Of a stretch of DNA of 64,000 bases, positions 1-13,328 are shown one piece after another. Made by a program: the position numbers and the translations under genes. Position 1 is the stretch's first letter; every line of letters starts with the position of its first letter. The notes under the pieces were generated by a model. It worked only from the letters and a program-made list of their open reading frames with translations, did not search any database and was not told where the DNA came from. This stretch comes from an uncultured delta proteobacterium (GTDB taxonomy: Bacteria > Desulfobacterota > Binatia > HRBIN30 > BPIQ01), in NCBI GenBank assembly GCA_963761335.1, contig CAVXGR010000021.1, forward strand, positions 32,001 to 96,000, given 5' to 3'.

Positions 1-2960
<2,960 letters not shown>

Positions 2961-3061
2961 GTCACGTCGCACAGCCTCCTCCCGGCCCGGCGGTTGGCAA
3001 TCCGGCGGTGGCCTTGCTACATGCTGCGGTTCATTTGATCGCACCGTCGAGGGGGAGAGCG

Positions 3062-5653
3062 ATGCAGAAAATCGAGGCGCGCCCGCGTCCGGCGCGGGGG
3101 TGGACCTTGTGGGTGGTGGTGGCCGCCGTGGGTCTCGGAGGATGCGGCGGCAGCTCGAATCCGCAGACGAATCTGCCGACGGGCACGCCCACCGAGACGA
3201 GCGCCACCGCCACCATCCCGAGCTCGCCCACCGCGCCCGCGGCGACTGCGACGACGGCGACGGCTGCGGCGACGCCGACAGCTACGGCGACGGCTGCGGC
3301 GACGGCGACCGCGACGGCGACGGAAACCAAAGCTGCCGACACGCCGACTCCCAGTCTCGCCGATCTCTGCGCCGGGGGAACGCGGTGCATCACCCTCGAG
3401 CCGAGCGCCAACGACCAGGAGAACGTGCTCGCCGCCCTCATCGATGCGCAGCTGGGCGACGTGATCGTCCTGCGGCGGGGGAGCTACCACTTCAGCGGCC
3501 CGCTCTCTCTGACGGTGGACGACGTCACCGTCCGCGGCGAGGGCATGGACAAGACGATCCTGTCGTTCCGGGACAACACCACCGGCGGCGAGGGGATGCT
3601 GGTCATGGCGAGCCACTTCACCATCGAGAACCTCGCCCTCGAGGACGGTCCCGGCGACCTGCTCAAGGTCATCGGCGCCGATGGCCTGACCATCCGCGGG
3701 GTGCGCGCCGAATGGACCAACGGTGCCGACGCCGACAACGGCGCCTACGGTCTCTACCCGGTGGACTGCAAGAACGTCCTGATCGAGGACTCGGTGGTGC
3801 GCGGCGCCTCGGATGCCGGCTTCTACGTCGGCCAGTCGCGCAACATCATCCTGCGGCGCAACCTCGCCGAGCTCAACGTGGCCGGCATCGAGATCGAGAA
3901 CTCGTACGACGCCGACGTCTTCGAAAACACCGCCATCCACAACACCGGCGGCATCCTGGTCTTCAATCTGCCCAACCTGGCGATCAAGGACGGCCAGAGG
4001 ACGCGCGTCTTCCACAACGACATCCGCGACAACAACACCCTGAACTTCGCTCCCGCCGGCAACACCGTCGCCGCGGTCCCGACCGGCACCGGCGTCATGA
4101 TCATGGCCAATGATCGGGTCGAGGTTTTCGAGAACCAGTTCTCCGGCAACGACACGGAGCAGATCCTCGTCATCAGCTTCAACACCGCCGAGAAGTTCGG
4201 CACCTTCAAGAATACGGATCCGATCTTCGATCCGTACCCGGAGAGCATCTACATTCTCGACAACACGTACAGCGGTGGTGGCACGCACCCGGCGGAAGGC
4301 TCCGGAACCTTCCTGCTGGCCGCCCACAACAACATGCTGCCGCTGCCGGACATCATCCTCGACGGCGACCAGAACCCCGACCGCCTCGTCGACGGCGTCC
4401 TGCCGGACGCGTTGCGTACCTGCGTGCAGGAGTCGGAGGCGACCTACATGAACCTGCACGGCCTGACGTCCGCGACCTTCGACATCGGCGAATCGAGCTG
4501 CACCTTGGACCGCTTGCCGGAGGTGATCATCCCCGGCGTCAACGACGGCTCGCCGACGCCGACGCGCGTGCCGGTCGGGGAGACGCCGACGCCCACGCCG
4601 GGGAGCGGCTCCGCCGAGACGCGCTGTCAGATCAGCGGCGGCACCGGCGTCAACTTCGACCCGAGCCAGCCCGCCTGCGAGCTGCTGTCGAGCTACCGGT
4701 TCTTCCTGGGCGACGGCTCGGCGCAGAAGCCGAACGCCGGCGTGGTGCCCTACGACCTCAACACGACGCTGTTCTCGGACTTCGCCCTGAAGCATCGTTT
4801 CGTGTGGCTGCCTCCCGGCACCAGCGCCGTCTACGATGAGAGCCAGACATTCGACTTTCCCGTCGGCACGGTGATCATCAAGACCTTCGCCTATCCCGCC
4901 GACTTCCGCGATCTTTCCCTCGGGCAGCGGCTGATCGAGACCCGCCTTCTCACCCGCCGCGAGCACGGCTGGGTGGGCCTCCCGTACGTCTGGAACGACG
5001 ATCAGACGGAGGCGCGCCTGCAGGTGGTGGGGGCCGATCGCCCGGTGAGCTGGATCGATGCTGCGGGCGCGCCCCGCGATATCGAGTACCACGTACCCAA
5101 CGCCAACCAGTGCAAGGAGTGTCACTCGGAGGCTGCCGGAGTGATGCGGCCGGTCGGCCCCAAGGCGCGCAACCTGAACCGTGACTACGGCTACGCCGGC
5201 GGTACCGAGAACCAGCTCGCACACTGGACGGGGATTGGCTACCTCAGCGGGGCGCCCGACCCTGCGGAGGCGCCGCGCGCCGCGGTCTTCAGCGATCCGA
5301 ACAGCGGCACGCTGGAGCAGCGCGCCCGCGCTTATCTGGACGTCAACTGTGGCAACTGCCACAACCCGTCGGGGTTTGCGCACACGACCGGTCTGTATCT
5401 CAACATCCAGGAGTCCGATCCGGCGCAGCTCGGGGTCTGCAAGTCGCCGGTCGCCGCCGGGAAGGGGTCGGGCGGCTTCAGCTTCGATATCGATCCCGGG
5501 CACGCCGATCAGTCGATCCTGACCTTCCGCATGCGTTCCACCGAGCCGGGGATCGCCATGCCCGAGCTCGGGCGGCAGACCGTTGACGACGAGGCGGTGG
5601 CGGTGATCAGCGAGTGGATCGACTCGCTGCAGGGGAGCTGCTCCTCGCCGTGA
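3062..5653 (+). CDS. Lipoprotein fusing a parallel beta-helix domain (TIGR03805-like) to an SO2930-family diheme c-type cytochrome (TIGR03806-like)
   Basis: Lipobox LGGC, Thr/Ala/Pro linkers, GAYGLYPV/GASDAGFYVGQS/NVAGIEIENS beta-helix motifs, YDLNTTLFSDFALKHRF, and CKECH and CGNCH heme motifs; ATG 3062 follows GGGGAG. Confidence 0.85.
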   Translation: MQKIEARPRPARGWTLWVVVAAVGLGGCGGSSNPQTNLPTGTPTETSATATIPSSPTAPAATATTATAAATPTATATAAATATATATETKAADTPTPSLADLCAGGTRCITLEPSANDQENVLAALIDAQLGDVIVLRRGSYHFSGPLSLTVDDVTVRGEGMDKTILSFRDNTTGGEGMLVMASHFTIENLALEDGPGDLLKVIGADGLTIRGVRAEWTNGADADNGAYGLYPVDCKNVLIEDSVVRGASDAGFYVGQSRNIILRRNLAELNVAGIEIENSYDADVFENTAIHNTGGILVFNLPNLAIKDGQRTRVFHNDIRDNNTLNFAPAGNTVAAVPTGTGVMIMANDRVEVFENQFSGNDTEQILVISFNTAEKFGTFKNTDPIFDPYPESIYILDNTYSGGGTHPAEGSGTFLLAAHNNMLPLPDIILDGDQNPDRLVDGVLPDALRTCVQESEATYMNLHGLTSATFDIGESSCTLDRLPEVIIPGVNDGSPTPTRVPVGETPTPTPGSGSAETRCQISGGTGVNFDPSQPACELLSSYRFFLGDGSAQKPNAGVVPYDLNTTLFSDFALKHRFVWLPPGTSAVYDESQTFDFPVGTVIIKTFAYPADFRDLSLGQRLIETRLLTRREHGWVGLPYVWNDDQTEARLQVVGADRPVSWIDAAGAPRDIEYHVPNANQCKECHSEAAGVMRPVGPKARNLNRDYGYAGGTENQLAHWTGIGYLSGAPDPAEAPRAAVFSDPNSGTLEQRARAYLDVNCGNCHNPSGFAHTTGLYLNIQESDPAQLGVCKSPVAAGKGSGGFSFDIDPGHADQSILTFRMRSTEPGIAMPELGRQTVDDEAVAVISEWIDSLQGSCSSP

Positions 5654-5659
5654 GCGGCA

Positions 5660-5722
5660 GGGCGAAGCTCCTGGGAGGCGAAGCTCCGGCTGAACCGGAG
5701 CCGTCGCGAGGTGAGCCTCGCC
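5660..5722. repeat. REP-like palindromic cluster between convergent genes
   Basis: Tandem GGCGAAGCTCC units plus hairpin GCTCCGG-ctgaa-CCGGAGC. Confidence 0.45.
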
Positions 5723-5750
5723 TGCGCTGAACTTCGCTCTTCTCCTGGAA

Positions 5751-6278
5751 TTATGGCGCCGGCGGGGTGCCCGCGGCGCGTCGCATTCGCTCCCGGCGCC
5801 CAAGTGCGGCGCTGCCGCCGCGCCATGAGCCGCGCACCAGATCCGGGTACTTGGACGCCAGTGTCTGCCGTTGGTGGTCGTCGAGCACACGGAAGACCGC
5901 GATCTTCAAGTCGTCCCCCTTGCCCCACGCCTCGGCGGCGTGCTGCCGGGACTGCTCCGATGCCTTCTGGGCGGCGCTCCAGTCGCCGCCGGAAAGTGCC
6001 TGCTCGAACTGGTGTCGGGATTCCGTCTGCTGCGCCTGAATCTTCATCTGCCCCTGGATCGATGCGAGCAGGACGGCATCCATCTTTTGCTTCTGCTCGT
6101 CGGTCAGATTCAGTGACTCTGTGATCTCGGGCTGATTCCACCAGGCGCGACTCAGGAGGTTCTTTTGCCGGATGGCGGCGATGCCGTCTGCCGGGGCGGC
6201 GGCGACGGGCGGAGAGGCTGCCGCCATGGAGAGCAGAAGGGCTGCGGCACAGAGCGAGATCTGACTGGAAAGCTTCAT
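5751..6278 (-). CDS. Periplasmic Spy/CpxP-like (LTXXQ) protein
   Basis: Signal peptide; WWNQPEITESLNLTDEQ and VLDDHQRQ motifs; helical and Gln-rich. Confidence 0.65.
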   Translation of the reverse strand: MKLSSQISLCAAALLLSMAAASPPVAAAPADGIAAIRQKNLLSRAWWNQPEITESLNLTDEQKQKMDAVLLASIQGQMKIQAQQTESRHQFEQALSGGDWSAAQKASEQSRQHAAEAWGKGDDLKIAVFRVLDDHQRQTLASKYPDLVRGSWRGGSAALGRRERMRRAAGTPPAP

Positions 6279-6349
6279 CGACGAGGCTCCTCTCAGCAGC
6301 TGCCTATATGCCATTGCGGTGCCCCTGCCAATCAAGAGACGCATCGGTG

Positions 6350-7036
6350 CTACCAGTACCCGTCATCCACGAAGCTGACGTAGCGCCCCTGGCCGATGAC
6401 GATGTGGTCGAGAACACGCACGCCCATCAGATCCCCGACCTCGCGCAGGCGGCGGGTCACCTCGAGGTCCTCCCGCGACGGAGTCGGGTCGCCGCTGGGG
6501 TGGTTGTGGACGAAGATCACCGCCGCCGCGGACTCGCGGACGACCGGCGCGAAGACGTCGCGGGGGTGAACGATGGAGGCCGTGAGCGAGCCTTCGGAGA
6601 CGGCGATGTCCTTGATCTTGCGGTGCTTGTTGTCGAGGAGAACGGCGTAGAAGCGCTCCCGGCGCTCGCTTGCGAGGCGTTCGCGGAAGTGGGCATAGAC
6701 GTCGGCGCTGCCGCGGAAGGGCGTTCCCGGCGTGAACTCGACCTCTCCGAAGCGCTTGGCGATCTCCATGACCGCGAGGATCTCGGCGGCCTTGGCGGGA
6801 CCGATCCCGCGCCTGGCGCACAGCTCGGCGGTGCCGGCGGCAGCGAGCCGGCGCAGATCGCCCTCGAAGCGCGCCATCAGGGCTCGCGCGTGGTCCAGGG
6901 CGCTGCCCCCCTCGCTGCCGTTGCGCAGGATGATGGCAAACAGCTCCGCGGTGGAGAGGGCTGCGGCTCCCCGTTCCAGAAGCTTCTCCCGCGGGCGATC
7001 GCCGCGCGGCCAATCTTTGATTGCCCTCGAGACCAT
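6350..7036 (-). CDS. radC: RadC / UPF0758 JAB-domain protein
   Basis: RPREKLL...LSTAEL, GIGPAKA HhH, HPRDVF, HNHPSGDPTPSREDL, LDHIVIG. Confidence 0.95.
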   Translation of the reverse strand: MVSRAIKDWPRGDRPREKLLERGAAALSTAELFAIILRNGSEGGSALDHARALMARFEGDLRRLAAAGTAELCARRGIGPAKAAEILAVMEIAKRFGEVEFTPGTPFRGSADVYAHFRERLASERRERFYAVLLDNKHRKIKDIAVSEGSLTASIVHPRDVFAPVVRESAAAVIFVHNHPSGDPTPSREDLEVTRRLREVGDLMGVRVLDHIVIGQGRYVSFVDDGYW

Positions 7037-7175
7037 CCGTGGTCGCGCCCCATACTCCGCGACCCCGAAAAAAAGTCAAAGCCCACTTTTCAAATTTGAA
7101 TTGCCGCTCGATTCCTACGCCGGGAACGGTAAAATGGAAATCGACCAAGGGCCAAAGTGAAAGGGGGAAGCTCGG

Positions 7176-7592
7176 ATGCGTTTTGCGGATCTCGATCCGG
7201 GCGCAGTTGCCGAGGCGGATGAGCTTGCCGAGTTGACGTCGCTGGGCGGCGGAGAATCGCGATCGGCACCGTACACGGGGACGAAGGCGCTCATGCTGGC
7301 GATTCTGGAGGACGGAATACGCGCTTATCTGAGCGCCTCCACGCGGGCGCGGGAAGAGGCGGAGCTGTGGATTCGCAGCCCGAAGCGGCACTTCGTCTTC
7401 TCCTTTCCGATCGTCTGCGAGACTCTCGGCCTCGAGCCCGACGCGGTGCGCATGGCGCTGGCCAGGTGGCGCAGCGACGGGGTATCAGCGGCGGCCAAGC
7501 GCCCGGCGCGCACGCGTCAAGCCGTCGAAACCGTCCGCCGCTCTCTGCGACAGCGTCCGGACCGGCGCAGGGCGAGAACCCTGGCCGGCTGA
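7176..7592 (+). CDS. Conserved hypothetical protein
   Basis: ORF with GGGGAAG RBS; motif ALMLAILEDGI...EAELWI...FSFPIVCETLGLEPDAVR; basic tail. Confidence 0.7.
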   Translation: MRFADLDPGAVAEADELAELTSLGGGESRSAPYTGTKALMLAILEDGIRAYLSASTRAREEAELWIRSPKRHFVFSFPIVCETLGLEPDAVRMALARWRSDGVSAAAKRPARTRQAVETVRRSLRQRPDRRRARTLAG

Positions 7593-7624
7593 GCGGCTCG
7601 TCCGAGGGGCCGAGGCGGCGCTTC

Positions 7625-8800
7625 TCAGGCGACGCGCAGGAGCAGGCCGTGCAGATACTCGCCTTCCGGGTGCGCCAGCGCCGTGGGGTGGTCGAGCCCG
7701 GCGCCGAGATGGCGAAGCACCTGAACGTCGCGGCCCGCGTCGGCGGCGGCTCCCTGCACCACCCGCCGGAACAGGTCGAGCGGCATGTGTTGCGAGCAGC
7801 TGAAGGTGAGCACGGTTGCCTCCGGGGCGGCGCGCCGGAAGGCCTGGAGATTGAGATCCTTGTAGGCCCGCGCTCCCTGGCGCAGGTCCTTGCGGTGCTT
7901 CACCAGCGCCGGCGGGTCGAGTACCAGCAGGTCGAACTGCTCCTCGGTCCGCCGCAGGAACGAGAAGACGTCCGCCTGCTCAAAGCGCGCCCCCGAGGCG
8001 GGCAAGTCGTTCGCCGCCCAGTTGCGCTCCGCCAGTGCAAGGGCGCGCGCCGAGGTCTCCACGGAGACCACCAGGGCGGCGCCGCCCGATCCTGCATAGA
8101 CGGCGAAGCCGCCGGTATAGGCAAAGGCATTGAGCACGCGGCGGCCGCGGGCGAGTTGCCGCGCCAGCGAGCGGTTGGGGCGCTGGTCGAGATAGAACCC
8201 CGTCTTCTGTCCGCTGCGCAGGTCGACGGCGAAGGTGTGTCCGTGCTCGCGCACCGAGACGCTGTCCTCCGGTGGCTCGCCGGCGGCGCAGCCTTCCACC
8301 TGTGGCAGACCCTCTTCGCGGCGCACGCCGCCGCTGCTGCGCTCGAAGACCCCGCGGCGCGGCAGCGCCGCGCCCAGCGACTCCAGGAGGAGGGGCTTGA
8401 GCTGCTCGGCGCCGGCAGTGAGCGCCTGCAGCACGGCGAAGTCCGCGTAGACGTCGACGATGAATCCCGGAAGGCCGTCGCCCTCGCCGTTGATGAGCCG
8501 ATAGCAGTCGGTTTCGGCGTCGATGCAGCGGCGGCGCCAGGCCAGCGCCATCTGCAAGCGGGCGCGCACGAAGTCGCCGTCGATCGGCTCGTTTCGGCGG
8601 GTCAGCATGCGCACTGCGATGGCGCAGCGGGGATTGGCATAGCCGCGGCCGAGAAGCTCGCCGCGAGCGTCGCGCACCTCGACGACGGAGCCGGGCGCCA
8701 GCCCCGGATCGAGGTCGTCTAGGGCGCCGGAAAAGATCCAGGGATGTCCGGCGCGGACAGGCCGGTCCTTTTCCGGCTTGAGACGAACCGAGATCGGCAT
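7625..8800 (-). CDS. rlmI: RlmI-like class I SAM-dependent rRNA m5C methyltransferase
   Basis: GHPWIFSG PUA domain, GEGDGLPG, GQKTGFYLDQR, FAYTGGF, LDPP, TFSCS. Confidence 0.9.
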   Translation of the reverse strand: MPISVRLKPEKDRPVRAGHPWIFSGALDDLDPGLAPGSVVEVRDARGELLGRGYANPRCAIAVRMLTRRNEPIDGDFVRARLQMALAWRRRCIDAETDCYRLINGEGDGLPGFIVDVYADFAVLQALTAGAEQLKPLLLESLGAALPRRGVFERSSGGVRREEGLPQVEGCAAGEPPEDSVSVREHGHTFAVDLRSGQKTGFYLDQRPNRSLARQLARGRRVLNAFAYTGGFAVYAGSGGAALVVSVETSARALALAERNWAANDLPASGARFEQADVFSFLRRTEEQFDLLVLDPPALVKHRKDLRQGARAYKDLNLQAFRRAAPEATVLTFSCSQHMPLDLFRRVVQGAAADAGRDVQVLRHLGAGLDHPTALAHPEGEYLHGLLLRVA

Positions 8801-9372
8801 CAGCGCCGCGTCCTCTTCTCCGCCGGCGCTGCCGCTGCGGTCTTCCTCCGTCTCTGCGGCGCGGATGTCTCGGTGCGCCGATAGGTGCCACTGCGCCCGC
8901 CGCTCTTCTCGATCAGCTGAATCTCGGAGATGGTCATGCCGCGGTCGACCGCCTTGCACATGTCGTAGACCGTCAGCGCCGCGGCGCTGACCGCCGTGAG
9001 CGCTTCCATCTCGACGCCGGTCTTGCCGGAGACGGCGACCCGCGCCACGATCTCGAGACGGTCGTCGCCGGCGGCGCGCAGGTCGATCTGGGCGAGGTGG
9101 ATCGGCAGGGGATGGCAGAGAGGGATCCATTCGGCGGTACGCTTCGCCGCCATGATGCCGGCGATGCGGGCTACCGCCAGCACCTCGCCCTTGGCGACCT
9201 GGCCACTGCCGATCAGCTGCAACGTCTGCGGCTGCATGCGCACCACGCCGCGGGCCACCGCGACGCGCTCGGTGACCGGCTTGTCGCCGACGTCGACCAT
9301 GCGCGCCCGCCCGCGGCGGTCGAGGTGCGAAAGCGCGCGGCGTCCCGACTTGCCATTGTCCGAACCCGACAT
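8800..9372 (-). CDS. moaC: Cyclic pyranopterin monophosphate synthase MoaC
   Basis: LSHLD...[25 protein letters not shown]. Confidence 0.96.
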   Translation of the reverse strand: MSGSDNGKSGRRALSHLDRRGRARMVDVGDKPVTERVAVARGVVRMQPQTLQLIGSGQVAKGEVLAVARIAGIMAAKRTAEWIPLCHPLPIHLAQIDLRAAGDDRLEIVARVAVSGKTGVEMEALTAVSAAALTVYDMCKAVDRGMTISEIQLIEKSGGRSGTYRRTETSAPQRRRKTAAAAPAEKRTRR

Positions 9373-9386
9373 TAGTTTACCTCCCC

Positions 9387-10331
9387 ATGTCGTCTCACAG
9401 CAGACTGATCATCATCGGCTCCGGCCCGGCCGGCTACACCGCAGCCCTCTACGCCTCGCGCGCCAACCTCTCGCCGCTGCTCTTCGAGGGGGGTCAGCCC
9501 GGAGGCCAGCTTACTATCACGACCGAAGTGGAAAACTACCCGGGGTTCCCCGAAGCGATCATGGGCCCGGAGCTGATGGAGCAGTTTCGCAAGCAGGCGG
9601 AGCGCTTCGGTACCACCTGCGTCGAGGCCGAGGTGACCCGCGTCGATCTGTCACGGCGCCCGTTCGTCGTCGAGGCGGGCAAAGAGCACCACACCAGCGA
9701 CGCCCTGATCATCGCCACCGGGGCCTCGGCCAAGCTGCTGGGGCTGGAATCGGAAAAGCGCCTCATGGGCCACGGCGTCTCCGCGTGTGCCACCTGCGAC
9801 GGCTTCTTCTTCAAGCAGAAGGAGCTGGTGGTGGTCGGCGGAGGCGACACCGCGATCGAGGAGGCGATGTTCCTCACCAAGTTCGCCACCAAGGTGACCG
9901 TGATCCATCGCCGCGAGGAGCTGCGCGCCTCGAAGATCATGCAGGAGCGCGCCTTCCGCAATCCCAAGGTCGAGTTCGTCTGGGACTCTGTCGTCGAGGA
10001 GGTTCTCGGCGGCAAGGAAGAGGGCGTCACCGGCGTGCGTCTGAAGAATGTCCGCACCGGCGCGCTCTCCGATTTCAAATCCGATGGCCTCTTCGTCGCC
10101 ATCGGCCACCAGCCGAACACGAGTCTCTTCACCGGTCAGCTGCAGATGGACGAGAACGGCTACATCCGGACCGACCGCACCAGCACGCGGACCAGTGTCG
10201 AGGGGGTGTTTGCCTGCGGCGACGCGCAGGACCACGTCTACCGCCAGGCGGTGACCGCTGCCGGCACCGGCTGCATGGCGGCGATCGACGCCGAGCGCTG
10301 GCTCGAGGCGCAGGCACACGCCGCCGGCTGA
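9387..10331 (+). CDS. trxB: Thioredoxin-disulfide reductase
   Basis: [38 protein letters not shown]. Confidence 0.97.
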   Translation: MSSHSRLIIIGSGPAGYTAALYASRANLSPLLFEGGQPGGQLTITTEVENYPGFPEAIMGPELMEQFRKQAERFGTTCVEAEVTRVDLSRRPFVVEAGKEHHTSDALIIATGASAKLLGLESEKRLMGHGVSACATCDGFFFKQKELVVVGGGDTAIEEAMFLTKFATKVTVIHRREELRASKIMQERAFRNPKVEFVWDSVVEEVLGGKEEGVTGVRLKNVRTGALSDFKSDGLFVAIGHQPNTSLFTGQLQMDENGYIRTDRTSTRTSVEGVFACGDAQDHVYRQAVTAAGTGCMAAIDAERWLEAQAHAAG

Positions 10332-10370
10332 GCCGAAGTTCCTCCACCGCCTACTCCGCGGGTCTGCTGA

Positions 10371-10450
10371 GTAGAAGCGGCGTCTCGCCGCTTTCGGGCC
10401 GAGGCTGCGACGCCTCGGGGTTCACCCTGACGAGGCGAGACGCCTCGTCT
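10371..10450. repeat. GTAG-type REP doublet between convergent trxB and hisF
   Basis: GTAGAAGCGGCGTCTCGCCGCTTT plus second palindrome GACGAGGCGAGACGCCTCGTC; related to copies at 34218 and 39379. Confidence 0.7.
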
Positions 10451-10451
10451 G

Positions 10452-11221
<770 letters not shown>

Positions 11222-11225
<4 letters not shown>

Positions 11226-11953
11226 CTCTCGCCGCGGGCTGCGGCGAGCGCCTCGGGCAAGCGGACGGCGCCGGTGTAAAGGGCGCGGCCGACGATGACG
11301 GCGTCGATGCCCGCCTCTTCCGCGGCGACCAGCGCGGCAATGTCGTCGAGAGAGCCGACCCCCCCGGAGGCGGTGACCGGAATGTCGAGGGCGGCGGCGA
11401 CGGCGCGCGTGGCGGCGACGTTCACCCCCTGCTGCGTGCCGTCGCGGTTGATGTCGGTGTAGATGACCCGGCAGGCGCCCAGCCGCTGCACCTCGCGAGC
11501 GAGGTCGGCGGCGTCGGTGCGGCTCGTCTCGGTCCACCCCTGCACGGCGACGTGGCCGTCGCGGGCGTCGATGCCGACGGCGATGCGGCCGGGGAAGCGG
11601 CGGCACGCCTCCTCGACGACCTCGGGATGGGTGAGCGCCGCCGTGCCGAAGATGATGCGGTCGGCGCCCAGCTCCAGCAGCGCCGCCGCCCGCGCCACGG
11701 TGCGCACGCCGCCGCCGACCTCGATGGGGACCGGCAGTGAGCGGCACAGCGCCGCGATCGCGGTGGCATTGACCGGCTCGCCGGCGACGGCGCCGTCGAG
11801 GTCGACGACGTGCAGATAGCGGCCCCCCTCGTCGACCCAGCGCTGCCCGATGGCGACCGGGTCGTCGCCGTAGACCGTCTCGGCGCTCAGATCACCGCGG
11901 AGCAGGCGGACGCATCTGCCGCCCTTCAGGTCGATTGCCGGTACGATGAGCAT
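11222..11953 (-). CDS. hisA: ProFAR isomerase HisA
   Basis: [37 protein letters not shown]. Confidence 0.97.
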
Positions 11954-11985
11954 ATGCGTCGCTCCGAGGCCGCGGCCGAGGGGCC

Positions 11986-12648
11986 TCAGATCTGCGCCGC
12001 CCCTACGGTGGCCGCGACGCCGCCGGCGTGCACGCGGCGGCCGAAGTTCTGCAGGATGCGCAATCCCACCGCCTGGCTCTTCTCGGGGTGGTACTGGGTC
12101 GCGAAGACGTTGTCGCGGGCGATCGCCGAGGTGAACTCGATCCCGTGGACGGTGCTGGTTGCCGTCAGCGACGGATCGCCGGGGACGATGTAGTAGGAGT
12201 GCACGAAGTAGACGAAGGCACCGTCGTCCACCCCCTCGAGATCGGCAACCGGGCCGTGCTTGCGGATGCGGTTCCAGCCCATGTGGGGCACCTTGAGAGG
12301 TGGCCGCTCCGCGAAGCGGACGACGCGGCCGGGAAAGATTCCGAGGCCCTTCACCGGACCGAACTCGTCGCTCTCCTCGAAGAGGAGCTGCATGCCGAGG
12401 CAGATGCCGAGAAACGGCGTGCCCCTCTCGATCACGCGGCGGACGACATCCACCAGACCGGTGGCGCGCAGGTTGTCCATGCAGGCGCCGAAGGCGCCGA
12501 CGCCGGGCAGAACCACTCCGGCGGCGGCCTCGATGCGCTCCGGGGAGCGGCTGACCGCGGCGGCGTAGCCGGCCCGTTCGATGCCCTTCTGCACCGAGCG
12601 CAGGTTTCCCATCCCGTAGTCGATGATGGCGATCGGAGAAGTCTGCAT
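11986..12648 (-). CDS. hisH: IGP synthase glutamine amidotransferase subunit
   Basis: IIDYGMGNLRSV, LPGVGAF, GICLGMQ, YFVHSY, QYHPEKS. Confidence 0.97.
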   Translation of the reverse strand: MQTSPIAIIDYGMGNLRSVQKGIERAGYAAAVSRSPERIEAAAGVVLPGVGAFGACMDNLRATGLVDVVRRVIERGTPFLGICLGMQLLFEESDEFGPVKGLGIFPGRVVRFAERPPLKVPHMGWNRIRKHGPVADLEGVDDGAFVYFVHSYYIVPGDPSLTATSTVHGIEFTSAIARDNVFATQYHPEKSQAVGLRILQNFGRRVHAGGVAATVGAAQI

Positions 12649-12677
12649 CGCTTGCCTCGCAGCTGGCGGCGTCGCGC

Positions 12678-13328
12678 CTAGAGGGACCCCTTCGTCGACA
12701 GCACCCCCCGGATGCGCGGGTCGATCTGCGTGGCGGTGTCGAGGGCGCGCGCCAGCGCCTTGAAGCCCGCTTCGATGATGTGGTGCGGGTTGCGCCCGCC
12801 GCGCTGGTTGAGGTGCAGGTTCATGCCCGCCTGGTTGACGAAGGCGAGCATGAAGTCGTGCAGGAGCTCGGTGTCGAAGCTGCCGACCCGTGCCTGCTGG
12901 ATGCTCAGATTGTAGGCGAGGAACGGCCGACCGCTCAGATCGACGACGACGTCGACGAGAGCCTCGTCGAGCGGACAGGCGGCATCGCCGAAGCGGCGGA
13001 TGCCCGCCTTGTCGCCGAGAGCTTCGCGCAGCGCTTGGCCGAGAGCCAGGCCGACATCCTCGACGGTGTGGTGCTGATCGACTTCCAGGTCGCCGCGGGC
13101 GCGGAGCTTCAGATCGAAGAAGCCGTGGCGCGCGAAGCTGTCCAGCATGTGGTCGAGAAAGGGGACACCGGTCTCGATCTCGGCGACGCCGCTGCCGTCG
13201 AGATTGAGCTCCACGGTGATTTCCGTCTCGCGTGTCCGGCGCTCCACACGGGCTCGCCGGCCGTTCGCCGGTGGGCGCGCCGGGCTGCGGGTCTCCGTCT
13301 GCTTCGCCGTCGTTTTCGCTCGAGCCAT
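12678..13328 (-). CDS. hisB: Imidazoleglycerol-phosphate dehydratase
   Basis: RRTRETEI, FLDHML, DQHHTVED, NPHHIIE, STKG. Confidence 0.97.
   Translation of the reverse strand: MARAKTTAKQTETRSPARPPANGRRARVERRTRETEITVELNLDGSGVAEIETGVPFLDHMLDSFARHGFFDLKLRARGDLEVDQHHTVEDVGLALGQALREALGDKAGIRRFGDAACPLDEALVDVVVDLSGRPFLAYNLSIQQARVGSFDTELLHDFMLAFVNQAGMNLHLNQRGGRNPHHIIEAGFKALARALDTATQIDPRIRGVLSTKGSL

Noticed and set aside
3180..3350. ACGGCG tandem repeats as a separate element
   Set aside because: They encode the Thr/Ala linker of the lipoprotein
3017..5890. Long antisense or alternate-frame ORFs (e.g. 957 aa here, also 1431-3044, 17210-19366, 25323-26999, 28438-30114, 49196-50815)
   Set aside because: Shadow ORFs expected from high GC3 opposite well-supported genes; no recognisable motifs
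6350..7036. radC as a marker of a mobile element
   Set aside because: Full-length chromosomal type with N-terminal HhH region, flanked by housekeeping genes
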